The notes under the pieces were generated by a model. That model ran no database searches and had not been told where the DNA came from. It saw nothing but the letters and a program-made list of their open reading frames with translations. Below are positions 58,569 through 64,000 of a stretch of 64,000 bases of DNA, piece after piece (the stretch's first letter is position 1; every line of letters starts with the position of its first letter). Source of the stretch: the human T2T-CHM13v2.0 reference genome, Homo sapiens; NCBI RefSeq assembly GCF_009914755.1, contig NC_060947.1, one strand, 5' to 3'. A program made the position numbers and the translations under genes.

Positions 58569-60289
58569 GACTGTATGATCAATATATTTTACTTTCTGAG
58601 TTTACTTATTAATGCTAAACTGTATTTTTACCTTTTTACTTTTGAACGCCATTGTCATATTAATAAGAGAATTTTTTTGACCAAAGCATTTTAAGTTCTG
58701 TACACTTGCAGTATTTGATCTACAGATTTACACATCATGGACAGAAATGTTATGAAAATCATTTACAGAATTATTTAATGGAAAACGTTTCATATTTAAT
58801 ATATTTTCATATGTTGTACATGTAAGAAATCTGATTTTATGGCCATTGATAAGAGCGATAATGGCAGCCTTCATATAAGATACATTTCTGTCTTTTTATT
58901 TTTGATTATACCTGCAAGAAGACACATGGTCCTATGCAGCCAATAAATAGTTGTATAATAATAAAGTTATGATAATAAATGTTTATACCTTTCATGTTTT
59001 ACATACACCACCAAATGCAAAGGAACTATGAAGCAGTTTGCACTGAGACCAGTTAAAACCTAAATTCTCCCCTTTAGCTATGCGGTGATCTATTTCCTGC
59101 TACATACAAAATCCTGAAAAAATGGGGCTGGAAGTAATTCCAGTGCTTTTAAACCCAATCTACAATTTAATTTCCTTTGTGACCTTTGAAACATCACTGT
59201 TATAGAAGTTCCACCATTCCTAATGCCCCAGATTTGCCACTGTTGTTTCCTTATTAAGAAGCAAAACAAAGTAAAACAAAAACCTTCACATAATTTTGAG
59301 TTCTCTTTCTTCTCAGTAAGGGAAGGATTTTCACTTAACTTCACTTATCTCATTTTTCTGTGTTCTTCAACCTTAAACTACATCCAGCCTTGTTCATGTC
59401 TCTCTTAAACTTTCTTCTTTATACATTTCAAAAGCTTTGCTCTTTTTCTGTCATCTAATTGGGCTAGATCTCTATTCATATTACTCTTTATGTTACAACC
59501 TATTAACCAAAATATTTTCATGTGGCAAAGAATTCTGATCATGAGGCAAAATGAACTAATGAGAAAAATTTGTCTTCATTTCTAGTGAAAACTAATTTAT
59601 TCTTGCTTTCTCTAGGGATATTTCAAGAATTGTACTTTTGGTCTTTTAGGACTTTGAAAATGTTGGAATTGGTAGTGAATTTCTAACCAAAACTGTGCAT
59701 AAAGTCAGCTGCTTCAAAGCAAGTCATAGAAGCCTCCAGCAATTCTGTGACCAAAGAAAAGTAACCCTAATATTAACCTTTCCTTTGACTTTAAAGACAA
59801 TAATTTGAATAATTTCCAGGAGACTTGAAAAAATCTTCACACAAAAATAAAGTTTTGTTAAATCAATACTTTGAGAAATACCCCCAAATTATTTCTATAT
59901 TGGTGATAGTAAAAGACAAATTCAAGTATTTTATGTCGTTCAAGAAATTGGCTTGTGTAGGATTGTGCACGTGACCTTTAATTTCCACTTCTAATTTTGT
60001 CACTAACTGTTATGAATCACACTTAAAAAACAAACCATGGCTATGATCTTTTTAAAGCTGTAAAGCAAGACTCAATAATTCACAGAGCTAACCAAAGGTG
60101 AGTACATAGGAATATCAAAGGTATACATTAGCAAAAGATTAAACAAGTAAGTCAATAAGGAAGAAATAGAAAGACACAGCCACACAAGCCTCAGAATACA
60201 AAAGCTGATGGTGAATCAGGATCCAGAGGAATGCAGGAGTCAGAAAAGTAACACAAATAAGCAGAAGAGTGACCAGCTGGATAGGGAAG

Positions 60290-60823
60290 TGCAGTGGCCC
60301 TTGCTAGGGTAATAATGCCCCTCCCTCACATTGCCACAGATCCAGGTGGAGCTCACCCATTATCTTGGGCCTGGACACTCCAGGGTACTCTGGTTGATGT
60401 CCTACAGCCGGAAACTGCATGTCTTAGCCTAAAGTCTATCTTTGACGCAGAAAAAGTAGCTACAACCACATGCAAAAACAGGTTGGAAGTAGTTGCAAGA
60501 GGAAATTAATACCCTGACACCCTGAGCGGCCCTTTAAAAGTGACTAACAAGAGTTGAAATATAAACACCTCAGCTCCTGCACCTTGTCTAAGATAACTCT
60601 GAGACAAGTGTTTTATGCCTTCCCAGACTTTCTCCAGGGAATTAAGCCCTAGTTCTCACAGTGGTGTTTGGCTTGATAACATACTCTTTACAGGTTGCTT
60701 TCTCTTAACTTTCTCACAACTCCAACATCCTACCACAGCTTCCTAGAATCACTGCCCAAAGAAACTATTTGAACTCACATCCTTGTCTCAGGATTTGCTT
60801 ATGTAAGAACCCAAACTGAGACA
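60290..60823 (+). mobile_element. Old ERVL LTR (LTR16/LTR33-like)
   Basis: 3' end cccaaagaaactatttgaactcacatccttgtctcaggatttgc...aacccaaactgagaca. The 5' boundary is uncertain. Confidence 0.6.
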
Positions 60824-61017
60824 CTCATAATGCAAGAATTTATATTATTAATACCAGAATCAATCCTTAAGCATGGCTAGTTTGACACTCTACATAGAGG
60901 TAAGGAAAAGCACTTAACTGGAGCAGAAAATTCACTCATTCTTTTGAAAAATGAATAATGTACTCTTTTTTGTAATAGAGAGTGAGTGTAATGGGATACA
61001 GACATACCTAATAGTAG

Positions 61018-61729
61018 TGTTACAGTAGATAGCTAGTCAGATATGAGCAGGGTAGGAGACCCCCCACCCCCGCCACCCCAACCAGGAATGTCAGGCAACC
61101 ATCAAGTGATGGTCAGTCAGGTGGTTATTAAACTGTGTCTTTAAAATAATAATTGGTCACAGCCAATACCAGGGAAAGGCAGTCTCCCAATAGATAAAAA
61201 CACCTGAAATTGGTGATCAGCAGCTTCCCGATAAGATCGCAGGAGTTGGGCAAATGGGCTCCCGCGTGCGCACTAAGAGGCAAAACGTCATAGTGTAACT
61301 GGTATACGACCTTCCTCTGGAAACACTTGACTGGTAAGGGAACACCTCTTGAATACAACTCCAGTAAATACACCGTGCATGCTCCCCTCCCAAGTGTCAG
61401 CAGACCACTGTGCATGCAGATAGCCCCCTACCCCAAGGGAAGAATTGGGGAGAAGGTATATAACACCATGGAAGTATGCCAAAATACAAAACCATAAATC
61501 AAAGTTCAAACAGGACACTTAATATCTCAAGTCGCCCACTTGGCCCCCTTCCAGATGTACTTTATTTCCTTTCATTTCTGCTCTAAAGTTTTTAAATAAA
61601 CTTTCATTCCTGCTCTAACACTTGCCTCAGTCTCTTCTTCTGCCTTATGCCTCCTTGGTCGAATTCTTTCTTCTGAGGAGGCATGAATTAAGGTTGCTGA
61701 AGACCCGTATGGATTCACTGCCAGTAACA
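61018..61729 (+). mobile_element. MER50-like ERV1 solo LTR
   Basis: TGTTACAGTAGATAG...AATAAA...CCAGTAACA, 712 bp, with 4-bp flanks GTAG/GGAG. Confidence 0.8.
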
Positions 61730-62664
61730 GGAGGAGAGAGAGTTATTCAACGAATTATTATATACCGACTATATAGTAAGTGACCTTACTCATTCCGGCT
61801 CACCATCACAATATGAGTATTAGGGTTCAAAGGATAAGCTTTTATGAAATGTAAATCTCTTAATATAAAGAATTAAAATAATATCCAAGTATTAGATTCT
61901 AAATAAATACTTTTAAAACTAGTTATTACAAGACTGTATCTAATCACAAACAGGTTTTTATTTTGTTTTGTTTTTCTCACTATCTCAAGCTGCTGAAACA
62001 AATTTAATGGAGTCCTTCCCTCATCACTGAATTCTGTAGATTTTTCTTTCAGTTGTAAGAAAATAATGCTTTCCTTTTGAAGATGTTGGCTTGGATTAGA
62101 AAAATGCTTTATTATGAGTATTGCAAAGCTACTTATTTACCACAGCTAGACAGAGACTCTTTCTTACTTTGTCATGCAGCTGCTTGTTTTTAAACAAATT
62201 TTGCCAAGAGACATAAACCAGATGGTCTTCTTCAAGGGTATCCTGTGAGCTGTGATAGTCAGCTTATGGTAGTTTTGAGCAGCAGACAGCTGGGTATGGA
62301 AAGTCATGATGCTATTTGGAAATCCAACTACCAAGTGTGCTGAAGCACAAGGAGATTCTCAAGTCAGTAAATAATAAAATTGTGACTTAAAGTTTGTTTC
62401 AGTATTCTATTTTTACAGGGGGCATTAACTTTATGCTTTATAATATTACTTTTCTGGGTAAAATAAAAGTACCCCAACACATTGAATTAGAAAGAAAACT
62501 TGTGAAAAAATGGATTCAGAATACCTTTCCAAGTGGGATCAACAAATTGTAAGTTGGGCTTTCTAACAGAGTTGTCTGTGTTTTATCAAAAATGTTTAAT
62601 TAATACTGTAATAAAATTCTACTAGAATAGTGTGGTATTTCAAGTTGCAAGTCTCAGTTCTGTT

Positions 62665-63072
62665 TTGTAGTAGTGTTATACACCCACACTCTTGAAATGG
62701 GTTCACTAACTGCCAAGTGTATTTCTCTATCCCTGATCTTTGGATATGCCATGTGACTTGCTTTGACAATTGACTATGGATGGAAGAGAGAACGCTAGTT
62801 ATAAATCTGGGTCTTAAGAACCATCATGTGTTTCTGCTTACCCTTCTGAGATCTTTAGAACTCAGCCATGGAGGAATGTGCCCCAAATATCTACTGCCAT
62901 TCCAGCTTGAGCCCCAGAATGAGACACATAGATCAGACATGTTTGGTCAACCTACAGTCAGATTCTGAATCAGAGATTACTCAAAGTAGGCCTGTGAATA
63001 TGAGGATAAGTGCTTATTGTTCTTTTGGGGTATGCTTGTCACACAGCATTATTGTGGTTGTAGCTGACTAAT
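62665..63072 (+). mobile_element. MLT1-type LTR relic
   Basis: gccatgtgacttgctttgacaat...cccagaatgagacac...cacagcattattgtggttgtagctgactaata. Confidence 0.7.
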
Positions 63073-64000
63073 ATTGATTGACTTTGGTGAGGGCCCAATA
63101 AACAGCTACCTTGGGTCACTCCTACATTACTGAGAGATAGGGGAAAGAAAATGAGATAAAAATAAAAGTTAGCATCTACGTCCTTATCAGGATGCTACTA
63201 TTTTATGGAAGGTACCCAAAGAAATTCCAGAATTATATCTCTGATGATTCCAAAATTCCTTCAAAACAAAGGACACAGACTGGACCATCCTTGGTTTTCA
63301 AGTACTATGCTATAATTTTGAATATTACAGAAAGACAAGTGAAAGAACTGAAGAAGAAACTAAAAAAGCATTTCAAGACAAACAGACAAAATTTGCCTTT
63401 TTATGAACAAAGATAGTTTAAATTTATTCAAACATATAAATTACTCAAAGGCTAAGAATTTTCAAATGTGCATCTAAATTGTCATTTCCTACAAGTATCT
63501 AGCCATACTAGGAAACTACAAAGAATATTTTAAAACTTGTATTTCAGGCAGAAATCTCTCAAAAAACCACATCTGTGGCTTGTAATGGGCAGTTTTCCCT
63601 TGAGAACACTGATATTTTCAAGAGGAATTTGAGACTATCCACGGATAAACTAAAACTAATATGAAAATAATTCTTGTGAAAATTGCCTTACAGGCAAGAA
63701 TTTGCAACTTTCATAGGGTAAACAGATTTTTAAAGCGTTAGAATTTCATAATTGTGACAAACATCCTCCTAGAATAGAAGGTGAAACAAGCAAGTAAGCA
63801 GACAAGCAAGCAAGCAAACCTTTCACCAGAATGTTATACTGACTTTAGTGACTAATGGATATATTTTTCTCTATGAGAGACTGTTCATGTATCTCCAATT
63901 CCCTAATTAGAAAAACATATATCCAGGTCTTAGATTATTTTATATATTGCTGTATCCACACCTAAAAGTCATGATTTGACCTTATTATAGCGAAATGAAA

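Overview
This is AT-rich, CpG-poor primate genomic DNA, almost certainly human, from inside the dystrophin gene DMD, which is transcribed on the minus strand. The only host coding sequence is the 148-nt exon 44 (9088-9235, minus strand), recognised from its sequence and its translation (RFDRSVEKWRRFHYDIKIFNQWLTEAEQFLRKTQIPENWEHAKYKWYLK). Positions 1-9087 are the start of intron 44 and 9236-64000 are part of intron 43. The rest is a dense set of interspersed repeats: six Alus, young and old L1s (two of them 5'-inverted), a complete THE1 MaLR element, solo LTRs, hAT MITEs, MIR/L2 relics and microsatellites. The longer ORFs in the track are L1 or THE1 remnants, and the remainder are chance or low-complexity frames. 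I see no new multi-gene system. The best leads are: (1) a 5'-truncated L1PA2-like insert, sense to DMD, whose uninterrupted 893-aa RT/C-terminal ORF is opened by a Kozak-context ATG in the flanking host DNA; (2) a stop-free 47-nt cryptic exon candidate in intron 44 with the same phase as exon 45; (3) inverted Alu and L1 pairs that could fold the pre-mRNA. Repeat subfamily names come from recalled consensus features and need RepeatMasker/Dfam confirmation.
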